A stretch of DNA of 64,000 bases from Somniosus microcephalus. Taxonomy: Eukaryota. The DNA lies in NCBI GenBank assembly GCA_052327205.1, contig CM126221.1, positions 76,570,001 to 76,634,000 on the forward strand, read 5' to 3'. The position numbers were made by a program, and so were the translations under genes. Shown in pieces: positions 36,092 through 48,114 of the stretch (position 1 is its first letter; the number at the start of each line of letters is the position of its first letter). The notes under the pieces were generated by a model, which saw nothing but the letters and a program-made list of their open reading frames with translations, did not search any database and was not told the origin of the DNA.

Positions 36092-36552
36092 AGACTTGCA
36101 TTTCTATAGCGCCTTTCACAACCTCAGGCCGTCCCAAAGCGCTTCACAGCCAATGAAGTACTTTTTGAAGTGTAGTCACTGTTGTAATGTAGGAAACACA
36201 GCAGCCAATTTGCGCACAGCAAGCTCCCACAAACAGCAATGTGATAATGACCAGATAATACGCTTTAGTGATGTTGATTGAGGGATAAATATTGGCCCCA
36301 GGACACCGGGGAGAACTCCCCTGCTCTTCGTCAAAATAGTGCCGTGAGATTTTTTACGTTCACCTGAGAGAGCAGACGGGGCCTCGGTTTAACGTCTCAT
36401 CCAAAAGATGGCATCTCCGACAGTGTGGCACTCCCTCAGCACTGCACTGGTAGTGTCAGCTTAGATTTTTGTGCTCAAGTCTCTGGAGTGGGACTTGAAC
36501 CCACAACCTTCTGACTCAAGCGAGGGTACTGCCCACTGAGCCACAGCTGACA
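36092..36552 (-). mobile_element. Deu-domain SINE, near full length
   Basis: Reverse complement of the 28291 copy. Confidence 0.92.
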
Positions 36553-36796
36553 ACGTTACTGCTTAGCCCAATCCTCAGCTGTTTCAGCATTCACACGTAC
36601 ACTTTCCAGGGGTCACTGGATCTGGAGTGGGAACCCCGGCTGAGTATCGCCCTCCCAATGGAGTGCACACTGAGCCCAATTGTAGCACCTTTGTCGCTGG
36701 CCCACGGGAGATACGCTAACTCAACATGGACTAGGGATCAAATCTGGGACACTTCTGGTCCGCATGGCTCAATTCCATACTAGGATGCACACTTAT

Positions 36797-37290
36797 TAAC
36801 AATAACAACAACTTGTATTTATACAGCGCCTTTAACGTAATAAAACATCCCAAGGCGCTTCACAGGAGCGATTATCAAACAAAATTTGACACCGAGCCAC
36901 ATAAGGAGATATTCGGGCAGGTGACCAAAAGCTTGGTCAAAGAGGTAGGTTTTAAGGAGCGTCTTAAAGGAGGAGCGAGAGGTAGAGAGGCGGAGAGGTT
37001 TAGGGAGGGAATTCCAGAGCTTAGGGCCCAGGCAGATGAGGGCACGGCCACCAATGGTGGAAGGATTATAATCAGGGATGTGCAAGAGGCCGGAACTAGA
37101 GGAGCGCAGAGACCTCGGAGGGTTGTAGGAAATGTTCCCTTTAAGCTGCGTGGCTGCACGATGCTGTGGAGTGCCGCGCAGTCGGTCAGCTGACTTTCAA
37201 ATGCAAAAACTGCGCATGCTCGGATTTCTGAATGGGCCGTGCGGTCGAGGGAACGTTGGTGTGAGGCTGGAGGAGGCTACAGAGATAGGG
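36797..37290 (-). mobile_element. L2 3' fragment with a hAT-type MITE inserted at 37130-37258
   Basis: (aac)n tail and L2 3' UTR; MITE ends aatgttccct...agggaacgttg. Confidence 0.85.
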
Positions 37291-37419
37291 AACCATGGGC
37301 ACACCATTCATTTCTCTTCTAACGGAGGCTATCAGAGCACTCCTCCCCCCCCTCCCCCCCGCAGAAAACATTTGCAAACAAATGTTTCTTCTTACTGTAT
37401 CCCTCCCCCACCACCACCA

Positions 37420-37765
37420 CCCAGATCTTCTCCCCCTCCTGGTCTACTGAAGGCGTGACTTCTTGCTATGGTAAAACTCCATGAGTACTGGGTGCCTGCC
37501 ATGAACTTGGTCAGTGAATTTTCAATCACAATGGGAGTCATAGCCAAGTCCAAGCCTGTTCTCACCCAATCTCTACACGTGTCGCTTTTGCAGGAGATTC
37601 ACTGGCTAGTGACCCAGAGCAGGAACCCTGGCTGACATTTCCCTCATACCCTGGGGCTAACTTTAGTGCTCCAACTGCTACCCAGCTGATAAACAGCCCC
37701 AGACCGACAATCGAACCTAGGACTTTATAGTCGGTAGGGCAAGGCAACTGAGTCACCAGGGGGTA
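37420..37765 (-). mobile_element. Ancient tRNA-derived SINE (second family, tentatively AmnSINE2-like)
   Basis: B-box-like ctaggttcgattg on the minus strand and a ccagggttcctgctc block shared with about 36555-36790, 52330-52590 and 54490-54550/56250-56470. Confidence 0.55.
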
Positions 37766-38969
37766 TTGAAATCAACTTGTTTTAACAGCTGTGTAACTAT
37801 GAAACTGTTCTCTCCCTATCCTTAAAACCTATTTGTTTACAAGTAGAAATGTATGGGATTGCCCAGCAGCTAAAACGCTGCACTGTTAAACACTCAACAG
37901 GGAGACTTAAACTTGAAACTCGGTCTCCACTTACAGTCACTGAAATCTATGTAGGCCAGTTTGCAAGTTCTGTGCATGTGCTGTGCGGGGAGAGAGAAGT
38001 GAGCTCTGCGTGAATGCCTATCACACTTTTACATTCATTAAATACAGTGAGAATGCAAGTTGTTCTTCCCTATCACACTGCCTTGGGACACATGCTATTG
38101 TGAAGATTATATTGAAAGAGAGTGTTTCATATGGTTTGCCCATCAATGAAAGACCTACGCAAAACGTCTGTTCCAACAGAGGTCACATTCTAATATGGTA
38201 TTTCAGTTAGGGACTGAGGGACAACCATCCTGAACAAATCCTTTGCTGCAGATGCATGTGATTCCAGTCTTATTAGGCCAATGAAGTTATCGGTGCTGTG
38301 GATAGCATGACACCATCGAGCTGACATTCAGCTCTGGCTGGCTATCATGCACACGGGGTGGAAACTGAAAGCAAATTTAGATTGTGCTGATCCAAGGGGC
38401 CTGAAACTCCAGAGGATGAGCGAAGTGCTGTCCAGTGCCAACTCCTGCTTTACTTTGGAAGTAATTTAACTCTGCTATGACTCCATATTTGGTGCTATGT
38501 AACATGGAACCAAAGCTAACACTGAAGTCCCTCTTTCCATTAGGTTTTTGCACTGCCAGGCAACAGGGAATTCCAATCCAATGATGTACTATCAGATTAT
38601 TGTCCCAATGCTTTGTGTGTATAAGAGGGCCGTACTATCGAGTCAGAAAGTCCATCAATCTCTTGTGGCGTAAAGAGCAGGTTGAAAGTAAAACAAACTG
38701 AAGTAGACTCAAGTAGAGTCTGCTTAGCTTTGTGTAAGCAGGTCTTTCAAGCCATATGTTATAGGCCATGCAAATTTAAAATGTCAAAATCCGTCATTTT
38801 TGAGAGTTTTTTCTTTGTATAAGCTCCCCCAACTGACTTGTGGGTAAGTGCCCAAGGGCGCTGAAACTAGAAAAACCCCTGTTTGATCTCCAGTCTGTAC
38901 TGTTAGTTGATCAGAATCAGGGTAGACATTAGGGTATTATAATTGGCCCCTGAGTTAAGGAGACAGAAG

Positions 38970-40050
38970 AATGACTTACATTTATATAGTGCCTTATCAC
39001 ATCTCTTGGAAACATCTCAAAGCACTTTACACATAATGAATTACTTTTAAGTGCAGTCACTGTAGGCAAACATGGCCAAGATCTCATCAACAGGAAGCAG
39101 TGGATAACTAGCTAATGGTCACCAAACCCTCAGTACTGTACTGCATTTGAGTGTCAAGCCTAGATTACGTGCTCAAGTCCTGGAGTGGACTTCAGCTCAT
39201 AACATCTGAGTGCTACCAGCTGAGCCAAGCTGACAATAGCTGACCAATCAAAGGTCCTTGCTCCTTGTTTATGTTTATAATATCTATATAGACAGGAAAA
39301 AGCCATCAGACCCATAAGTGCTCAGCCCCATCCTTCAGCTATTTCATCCTTGTGCATCGACATCCCCCCAACTCCCACCCAGGGAACCATAGTCAATTCA
39401 GAAGTCCTCTGTCAAAAATTAGGCAATCAGTCAAGCATCAGCAGTTACCAAATTCACTAAATATATTCCAGAATATCTCACTCTTACCTCCATCTACCAC
39501 GATCACCTTGTTTTCTAGAAAGCCATCTAACGTCTTCTTGAAGGACGTTAAGGACCAGCCCTCACTACCTCCTCTAGAATCCTCTTCCACTAGCTGATCA
39601 CCCTCTGGACCTTCTAAAACTTCTGGACAGCCAACCTCATCCTTTGCTTCCTCAGTCTGTAGGACTCAGTCCCCTAGTTCCCCGACCCAACCCCATCACC
39701 TCAAATATACTATCTATTTGCATATCTATAGTTTTAATAATCTTAAATATCTGGAACAGATCTCCTCTAAGTCTTCATCTCTCCAGTGAGTACAAACCCA
39801 AAGCACGTCAAGCCTTTTGTCATTTAATCACAGACTTTCCCTTTTGTTCTTTCCTCCCCTCCCCCCTTTTCCTGCCTCTGTACTTGCTTAAAATCGGTTA
39901 CAGCTCTAATATTTTTCCAGTTCTGGCGAAGGGCCACAGACCTGAAACGTTAACCCTGTTTCTCTCTCCACAGATGCTGCCTGACCAGCTGAGTAGTCCC
40001 AGCATTTTCTGTTTTTATTTCAGATTTCCAGCAACCGCAGTGTTTTGCTT
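38970..40050. mobile_element. Decayed Deu-SINE (about 38970-39235), ancient CR1 3' end (about 39290-39800) and PLE family B pLTR (about 39805-40050, plus strand)
   Basis: Degenerate matches to younger copies. The pLTR hammerhead core is mutated (CTGGCGA at 39923). Confidence 0.7.
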
Positions 40051-40489
40051 TGGTATTAAGGTATTGAAGCCAGTCTCTGCCCGAGGCAGCGTTCCTAATC
40101 GCAGCTGTGCTTTTACGGGGAGGCAGCACGTGAAAGGCATTTTTCACAGGCAGTCGGATAAAAGTAGATGGTTCATTCCAAGGGGAGATTCAAAGAACCA
40201 TACAGCACAGAAGGAGGCCATTCAGCCCATCGTGCCTGTGCCGGCTCTTTGAAAGAGCGATCCAATTAGTCCCACTCCACCGCTCTTTCCCCAGAGCCCT
40301 GCAATTGTTTTTTTTTCCTTTTCAGGTTGCTTGCTTTCTCTCTCTTTCACAATTCCTTTTCCTCCTATTTCCTCCCCTACTGCATTGAAGGAGCTGACCC
40401 TGGGGTGTGGTCCCATTGACACCATCAACCAAACAGCCATTCTTCCTCTGTGAGCCCACGCAGAGGCTGCAAGCAATGGCGCATCAGAG

Positions 40490-40935
40490 TGTGTCAGCCG
40501 TGGCTCAGTGGGCAGCACTCTCTCTTGCTCTGAGTCAGAAGGTTGTGGGTTCAAGTCCCACTCCAGAAGACTTGAGCACAAAATTCTAGGCTGACACTCC
40601 CAGTGCAGTGTTGAGGAGGTGCCGTCTTTCAGATGTGATCTTAAACTGAGACCCTGTCTGCTCTCTCAGGTGGCTGTAAAAGCTCCCATGGCACTATTTC
40701 GAAGAAGAGCAGGGGAGTTCTACCCGGTATCCTGGCCAATATTTATCCCTCAACCAACATCATTAAAACAGATTATCTGGTCATTATCGCATTGCTATTT
40801 GAGGGAGCTTGCTGTGCACAAATTGGCTGCGACGTTTCCTATATTACAACAGTGACTCATAAAAGTACTTCATTGGCTGTAAAGCGCTTTGGGCCATCCT
40901 GAGGTCAGGAAAGGCGCTATAGAAATGCAAGTCTG
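40490..40935 (+). mobile_element. Deu-domain SINE
   Basis: Head, core and tail as in the other copies. Confidence 0.9.
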
Positions 40936-42144
40936 TCTTTTTCTTTATGGAGGGAATCAAAGCGAAGCTGCAACTTGTCCTCACCAAACATCCGCACAGG
41001 AGCGTTTAACGGCAGGAGTCACTGGATAGCACTGGAGACTCTGACTGACTCCCCAATCCGAGCACCCCAACTGTGCCAGCGGAGATTAGCTACCTCACAG
41101 TCCAGGCCAGGGACTGAGCGTAAGACCTTCAGGTCAACACTTCACCCGGGGAATGGCGTGTCATTTCTAAAAGAGTCCCAAAGGAGATGAAGAAGAAACA
41201 AAAAAAGAAGCAATAAAAAAGAGCAATCAAACCAGCACAGCAGATGCCTGTATGTTAGTGTGCATCCATCCTACGTGCAAAGCACATCATTGCATTGGTT
41301 TCAAGCCCTGTGGGGTGTCGTGCATTCCTTCATAAACTCTGCTGTAGACATTATCCGGCTTCTGAAATAGCAGCACGTTTACTGATAGCGAAGACAGCAG
41401 CACTTTAACAGAACCAACAATCATCATTTATATTAAAATTGAAACCAGCTAAATTGTTTCGCCACTACCTCCATTATGGGCCAACGTGCTCCTTTATCAG
41501 GTCCAACATACCGCGCAGTGTTTGCTATTGTCTATGTTCTTGCTGGGAGCAAGAAGAATGAAGAAATTATTACAGAAAATAGCACTGATATCGCAACACA
41601 GGCTATCAGTTTTATGGGGCCATGAAACCTTGCCTCGGGGGCAGAGGGTGGGGGGAGCATTTCAACTGCGTTTTTAAAGGCATTACAGAAACTTTCTTCC
41701 TCTCTGAGAATTGAGAGGTACACGGTGTGAATCTGATTTAAAGATCTAGCCGAGGCTGACTGAGTCTTTGTAATACACGCTCATCCTTAAACTCGACGTC
41801 ATCCTTTCCTTGACAGTGACTTTAAAAAAAAAAAATATTCGCATTTAACTTTTGTTTGTCATGCAATCCCGGCTCCTTTCAGAGGCCACAATTGTCTCCG
41901 GCGACAGCGTTCTTCCTGCTGAAAACTGGTGCAGATGTGCAGAGCTGCTCACTATCCCTGCCATTGCCAGCACACTCTACAACCCCCACATCCACACATG
42001 AAAACATACAGGCGTGCACATGCACATTTGGTTTCCGACAAAACCACCCTTTGATAGTATCTACCCCTCCCCCTCCCCCCCACCCTGTCTTGCAAGAGGC
42101 AGCCCCTCCATGGCGCCTCGACCCCAGCTGCCTTCTTTCCACCT

Positions 42145-42592
42145 AAATCAAATCAAATCAAATCAACTTTATTGTCATTGTTAGTGCACAAGTGCAGTAC
42201 AACGAAATGTAGGCTTGCGGCTCCCGAGAGTGTACATTTAGGTTAAGACATTTAAACATTCAACATACATTTGGCTTGTAATACATTAACATAAACATAA
42301 CCATAATAAAGTGCATTGGCAGATGTGCAGGCTTTAGAGTTTATTTGTGGAGTTCAGTAGGATGACAGCCCTGGGAAAGAAGCTGTTCCTAAATCTGGTC
42401 GTACGGGTGCGAATGCATCTGTAGCGTCTGCCAGATGGCAGGAGGGCGAACAGACTGTGGCTGGGGTGGGTAGGGTCTTTGATGATGGACCGTGACCTCC
42501 GTAGACAGCGTTTCTGGTATATGTGCTCTATGGTCGGTAGCCGGGTGCCGGTAATGCGTTGGGCAGTTTTGACTACCCGCTGCAGGGCTTCC
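42145..42592 (-). mobile_element. Rex1/Babar-like LINE 3' fragment
   Basis: ALQRVVKTAQRITG...DPTHPSHSLFALLPSGRRYR...NSFFPRAV; aataaa followed by an (atttg)n tail. Confidence 0.85.
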
Positions 42593-43049
42593 CTTGGCTT
42601 TAGTAATTGAGCTATTATAAATACCACCATTTAATTTTTTTGCAGAACTTTTATCTAAATTATTTGACTCCTCGCCTTAATCTAGAGTCGACGGTCAATT
42701 TAAATCACCCCTCCAAAAAATGGAAAAGGATCTCGGTGTGGTTTTTGACTGTTCACTGAAAGCCAATGAGAAGCTGTCACCATCAAGCTAGCATCAGCGG
42801 GTTGACTCCTTCCTGGCCTTTTGTTTCCATTTCCAGTTTCTGTCCATAATTATGCAGCGGAATTCGTTTTTTTTTGTCCCTTTATATCCAACTCACTTTT
42901 TGCTAAGTTCACATCTTCTCCCATTGGGGCCCCCTTTTTGTTGTCTTGATAATCAAGCCACACCCTTTCTTTACTTCCCACTTACTCACTGGTACCTTTT
43001 TTTTCACACGCGTTTTTGTGTTACCTTCCCGAAAGAATACTTGAATTAA

Positions 43050-43815
43050 TGGCCCAGTAATTCCGGGCCCAACGCGTGAGTACGGACGGGGTACTCACGC
43101 ATGTGCCCGGAGGAATTGCTGGTTTTCAGCATGCACAGCGCATGCACTGAAAACCGGCATTTCCTGTCCTCTGACCCAAGGGGTTAAGAGGCAGAGCGTG
43201 CGACTGCACAGGCAGCGCGTGCGCAGTGAAATTCCTTTTTTTTTTCAGAGTTGCGCGTGTGTAAAGGCCTCCGGTCTTTACGCATTGAAAAACCACATAT
43301 AAGTACTTCGTTTTTCAGGTAAGTGGTCTATTAATGCAATTGAGAATTTTTTTTTCCACAGGTTTGTTATTTTTAAAGAATTTACAGTAAGGTAAGTTTA
43401 GTTTTAGCCCCGATTTTTTATATAAATTTTTTTTTCAAATTTTAAAATTATTGTTTAAAATAGTTTTTCAGAGTTCTTTATGGTTCATTTAAGTAGTGCA
43501 ATGTTTTTTTAAATTTTCTTTCAGGTTTAAGTAGTGTTTTGGGGCCAGGAGTTTTCATGAGTTTGACAGCTCTTACTGTCAAACTCATGAATGAACTTTT
43601 GCAACCTCCTATTGGTTGCCCTGTGCTCATGTGATCCCAGCCGGCTCATCGCACTAAGTATGCCGCTGGGTCACGCACGCACAGCGCGGCAGGACCTCAA
43701 GCGGGCCAGTCAGAGGAAATGCAATGCGGGCCAGAATTAAAATGTCAGCGCGCTGGGTAAGTGAACATCGGGGGCTTGCACGTGCGGCAAGCTCCCGATC
43801 CTAATTTCAGGGCCA
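43050..43815. mobile_element. Non-autonomous TIR element flanked by TTAA
   Basis: tggcccagtaatt / aatttcagggcca inverted ends (11/13); ttaa at 43046-43049 and 43816-43819; GC-rich ends with an AT-rich centre. Confidence 0.7.
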
Positions 43816-44014
43816 TTAATTAATCAATTCAGTGTTTACACCAAATCATCGGCATTTATTTGTGTTGTGAAATATACCGAGGCCGATAACTTGGGCCATG
43901 CAGCGCCCATTTTTCAATCGCTACGCGGCCTACTAAGGCCCCAAAATGGCAGGCAGGAAGCGCGCGCCATATACGGGAGCGCCCGTTTTTTTCGCTAGCG
44001 GTTGTGGGGGGTGG

Positions 44015-46670
44015 GGGGGGCGGAGCTGCCTTTAAAGAGGAAATAGTTCGGGTACAGTCGAGGTATATTCCCACTAGGGTGAAAGGTAGGGCAACTAAAG
44101 TCAGAGCTCCCTGGATGACAAAAGAGAGAGAGAGTAAGATGAAGCAGAGAAAGAGCGCGTATGACAGATGTCAGGTTGCAAATACATCTGCGAATCAGGC
44201 TATATATAGAAAGGTCAGAGGAGAAGTGAGAAAGAAAATAAAAGGGGCAAAGAGAGGGTATGAGAATAGCATGGCAGCCAACATAAAAGGTAATCCAAAA
44301 CATAGAAACATAGAAGATAGGAGCAGGAGTAGGCCATTCGGCCCCTCGAGCCTGTTTCGCCATTTAATGAGATCATGGCTGATCATCCAAATTCATAGGC
44401 ATATAAATAGTAAAAGGGTAGTAAGAGGATGGGTGGGGCCGATTAGGGACCAAAAAGGAGACCTACGCATGGAGGCAGAGGTATTTTGCATCTGTCTTCA
44501 CCAAGGAAGAGGATGCTGCCATAGACATAGTGAAGGAGGAGGTAGTGGAGATACTTGATGGGATAAAAATTGATAAAGAAGAGGTATTAGAAAGGCTAGC
44601 TGTACTTAAAGTAGATAAACCACCAGGAGTGGATGGGATGCATCCTAGGATGCTGAGGGAATTGAGGGAGGAGATCGCGGAGATACTGGCCATAATATTC
44701 CAATCCTGCTTAGATATGGGGGTGGTGCCAGAGGACTGGAGAATTGCAAACGTTACACCATTGTTCAAAAAAGGGTGTAAGGGTAAACCCAGCAACTATA
44801 GGCCAGTCAGTTTAACCTCGGAAGCTTTTAGAAACAGTAATCAGGGACAAAATTAACAGTCACTTGGATTAATTAAGGAAACCCAGCATGGATTTGTTAA
44901 AGGCAAATCGTGTTTAACTAACTTGATCGAGTTTTTTGATGAGGTAACAGAGAGGGTTGATGAGGGCAATGCGGTTGATGTGGTGTACATGGATTTCCAA
45001 AAGGTGTTCGACAAAGTGCCACATAATTGGCTTGCCAGCAAAGTTGAAGCCCATGGAATAAAAGGGCAGCATGGATACGAAATTGGCTAAGTGACAGGAA
45101 ACAGAATAGTGGTGAGTGGTTGTTTTTCGGACTGGAGGAAGGTAAACAGTGGTGTTCTCTTGCATTGTTCCACGGAAGCTCAACGTAAACTCGAGGAACA
45201 GCACCTCATCTTCTGATTAGGCACTTTACAGCCTTCCGGACTCAATATCGAGTTCAACAATTTCAGATCATAACCTCGGCCCCTATTACATTTTTACTTA
45301 TATTTTTTATCCACTCCTTTGTTTTGGCCCTTTCCCCCCCCCCCCCCCCACCCCCCCCTTTCCTTTTTTTTTCTCTCTCCCACATGGCAGCTGTCTCCCA
45401 TTCTGCCAGAACATTTCACACCTAATCTAGAGCCGTCTTTTGTCTCCACTAGTCCTACCACCATCTCGTCTCGTTTTGAATACCTCTTAATGTCTCTTCT
45501 CTTTTGTTCTCTCCCAGCCCTGCCTTTCGATCTATTTCATTTCCTTTCCAGTTTTGAAAAAGGGTTAGACCCGAAACGTTGACTCTAATTTCTCTCCACG
45601 GATGTTGCCTGGCCTGCTGAGTTTTTCCAGCATTTTCTGTTGTTATTTCGGATTTCCGGCATCTGCAGTATTTTGCTATCGTACTGGTGTTCTCCAGGGG
45701 TTGGTTCTAGGACCACTGCTTTTCTTGATATATATTAATGGCTTGGATGTTGGTGTACAGGGCACAATTTCAAAATTTGCAGATGACACAAAACTTGGAA
45801 GTATAGTAAACAGTGAGGAGGAAGTGATAGACTTCAGGAAGGCATAGACAGGCTGGTGAAATGGGCAGACACATGGCAAATAAAATTTAATGCAGAAAAG
45901 TGTGAAGTGATACATTTTTGTAGAAAGAATGAGGAGAGGCAATATAAACTAAATGGTACAATCCTAAAGGGGGTGCATGAACAGAGAGACCTGGGGGTAT
46001 GTGTGCACAAATCATTGAAGGTGGCAGGGCAGGTTGAGAAAGCGGTTAAAAAAGCATACGGGATCCTGGGCTTCGTAAATAGAGGTATAGAGTACAAAAG
46101 TGTGGAAATTATGATGAACCTGTATAAAACACTGGTTCAGCCCCAACTGGAGTATTGTGTCCAATTCTGGGCCTTAGAGAGGGTGCAGAAAAGATTTACA
46201 AGAATGATTCCAAGGATGAGGGACTTCAGTTATGTGGATAGAATGGAGAAGCTGGGGTTGCTCTCCTTAGAGCAGAGAAGATTGAGAGGAGATTTGATAG
46301 AGGTGTTCAAAATCATGAGGGGTCTGGACAGAGTAGATGGAGGGAAACTGTTCCCATTGGCAGAAGGGTCGAGAACCAGAGGACAGATTTAAGGTGATTG
46401 GCAAAAGAACCAAAGGCGACGTAAGAAAAAACTTTTTTACGCAGCGAGTGGTTAGGATCTGGAATGCGCTGCCTGAAAGGGCGGTGGAGGCAGATTCAAT
46501 CGCAGCTTTCAAAAGGGAGTTGGATAAGTATCTGAAGGAAAGAAATTTGCAGGGCTACGGGGAAAGGGCGGGGGAGTGGGACCAGCTGAAGTGCTCTTGC
46601 AGAGAGCTGGCACGAGCTTGACGGGCCGAATGGCCTCCTTCTGTGCTGTAACCATTCTATGATTCTATGA
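44015..46670 (+). mobile_element. Decayed CR1 (ORF2 centre to tail) with nested CR1 tail (about 44300-44392) and PLE
   Basis: KPPGVDGMHPR, NYRPVSLTS, QGLVLGP and FADD in broken frames; attctatg tail. Confidence 0.92.
45160..45684 (+). mobile_element. PLE 3' fragment (family A) with hammerhead motif at 45550-45584
   Basis: Collinear with about 625-1155. 10-bp TSD tggtgttctc (45150-45159, 45685-45694) inside the CR1 RT sequence. Confidence 0.9.
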
Positions 46671-46679
46671 ATACTGGTT

Positions 46680-47480
46680 GGAGAGCGAGATGCAGTCAGG
46701 GGACTCCTGCGCTAACTGCCTGGTCCTCCTCTTCTGTCTGGTGGTCACCCATTCCCTTTCTGCCTGCACACTCTTTATCTGCGGGGTGACCACCTCCTAA
46801 AACGTGCTATCCACGAAGCTCTCAGCCTCACGGTTGTACCGCAGTGACACCAGCTGCTGCTCAAGCTCCAAAACCCGGACGTCGATCTTCTCCGGCTGAC
46901 GACACTTCCTGCACATGTGGTTGTCCAGGACACGGGAAGCATCCTGGAGTCCCCACATGTCACAGGATGTGCATTCCACGGGACTGAGCTGCCCTGCCAT
47001 GCCTCTACTTCATAGACTATTAACTAGAAACACTTACCAGCCACTCACCAATCAGCTCCTTCCCTGGTTGTGACGTCACCTTAGCTGTTTTTCAGTTGTT
47101 GCCTTTGTTATTGTTGTTTTCGCTGGAGGTCTTCCTCCTCCTCGCTGCCGTCGCTGCTCCAGTCCGCGCTCTCTCTGGGCCTCCCGCTCGATATAACCTT
47201 CTCCTCCTCGCTGCCACCGCTGCTCCAGTCCGTGCTCTCTCTGGGCCTCCTGCTCGATTTATACTCCGCCTCCTCGCTGCTCCAGTCCGCGCTCTCTCAG
47301 GGCCTCCTGATCGGTTTATCCTCCGCCTCATCACTGCCATCGCTGCTCCAGTCCGCGCTCTCTCTGGGCCTCCCGCTCAATTTATCCTCTGCCTCCTCGC
47401 TGCCACTGCTCCAGTCCGCGCTCTCTCTGGGCCTCCTGCTCGATTTATCCTCCGCCTCCTCGCTGCTGCCACTCCCTTAG
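46680..47480 (-). mobile_element. CR1 5' fragment: ORF1 Zn finger plus a 5' UTR with tandem repeats
   Basis: MAGQLSPVECTSCDMW...CRKC...LELEQQL, homologous to the ORF1 N-terminus at 11448. Confidence 0.75.
47135..47475. repeat. GC-rich tandem repeat, 57-66-bp unit, about 5 copies
   Basis: ctgctccagtccg(c/t)gctctctc recurs at about 47154, 47220, 47277, 47343 and 47406. Confidence 0.92.
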
Positions 47481-47594
47481 TGATTCTGGCAAGTCTACCT
47501 TTAGTGTTGCTAATGACTCCACGAGACCCACTCGTCAGGGGCCGTCATTGCTAGCATTATATAAAAGTCACTATTTGGGACTACTTTCTCTAGT

Positions 47595-47962
47595 CGTTTT
47601 CAAATCCCTCCAGGGCCACTCCCCTCCCTGTCTCTGTAACCTCCTCCAGCCCCACAACCCCCTGAGATCTCTGCGCTCCTCCAATTCTGGCCTCTTGCGC
47701 ATCCCCGATTTTAATCGTTCCACCATTGGCAGCCGTGCCTTCAGCTGCCGAGGACCTAATCTCTGGAATTCCCTCCCTAAACCTCTCTGCCTCTCTACCG
47801 CCCTCTCCTCCTTGATGACGCTCCTCTTTGACATCTGCCCTAATAGCCCCTTATGTGGCTCGGTGTCAAATTTTGTTTTGATAATCGCTCCTGTGAGGCG
47901 CCTTGGGCCGTTTTACTACGTTAAAGGTGCTATATAAATCCAAGTTGTTATTGTTGTTGTGC
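47595..47962 (+). mobile_element. L2 3' fragment
   Basis: Matches 25565-26060; (ttg)n tail. Confidence 0.88.
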
Positions 47963-48114
47963 TGCTATTGTTCCCAATCCCTGGGGAGGTCTGTATGAAG
48001 CCATTCTGTTGCCTGTATCAAGGTGGGCAGAAGTGGTTCAACCACTTTGCCCCTCAGGAGCTGTGTTTTTTGGCCATCTCTGCTGCTTAAAGCTGAACTG
48101 CTGCTGAAAACCAA

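Noticed and set aside
38701-38725. Short hairpin aagtagactc-aagta-gagtctgctt
   Set aside because: A 10-bp imperfect stem is within chance expectation for 64 kb, and I saw no second copy.
39644-40252. 202-aa ORF
   Set aside because: It runs across old CR1, PLE pLTR and unique DNA with no recognisable domain; a chance open frame.
47096-47554. 152-aa hydrophobic repeat ORF resembling a secreted or membrane protein
   Set aside because: It is the antisense translation of the CR1 5' UTR tandem repeat, whose unit lengths happen to be multiples of three.
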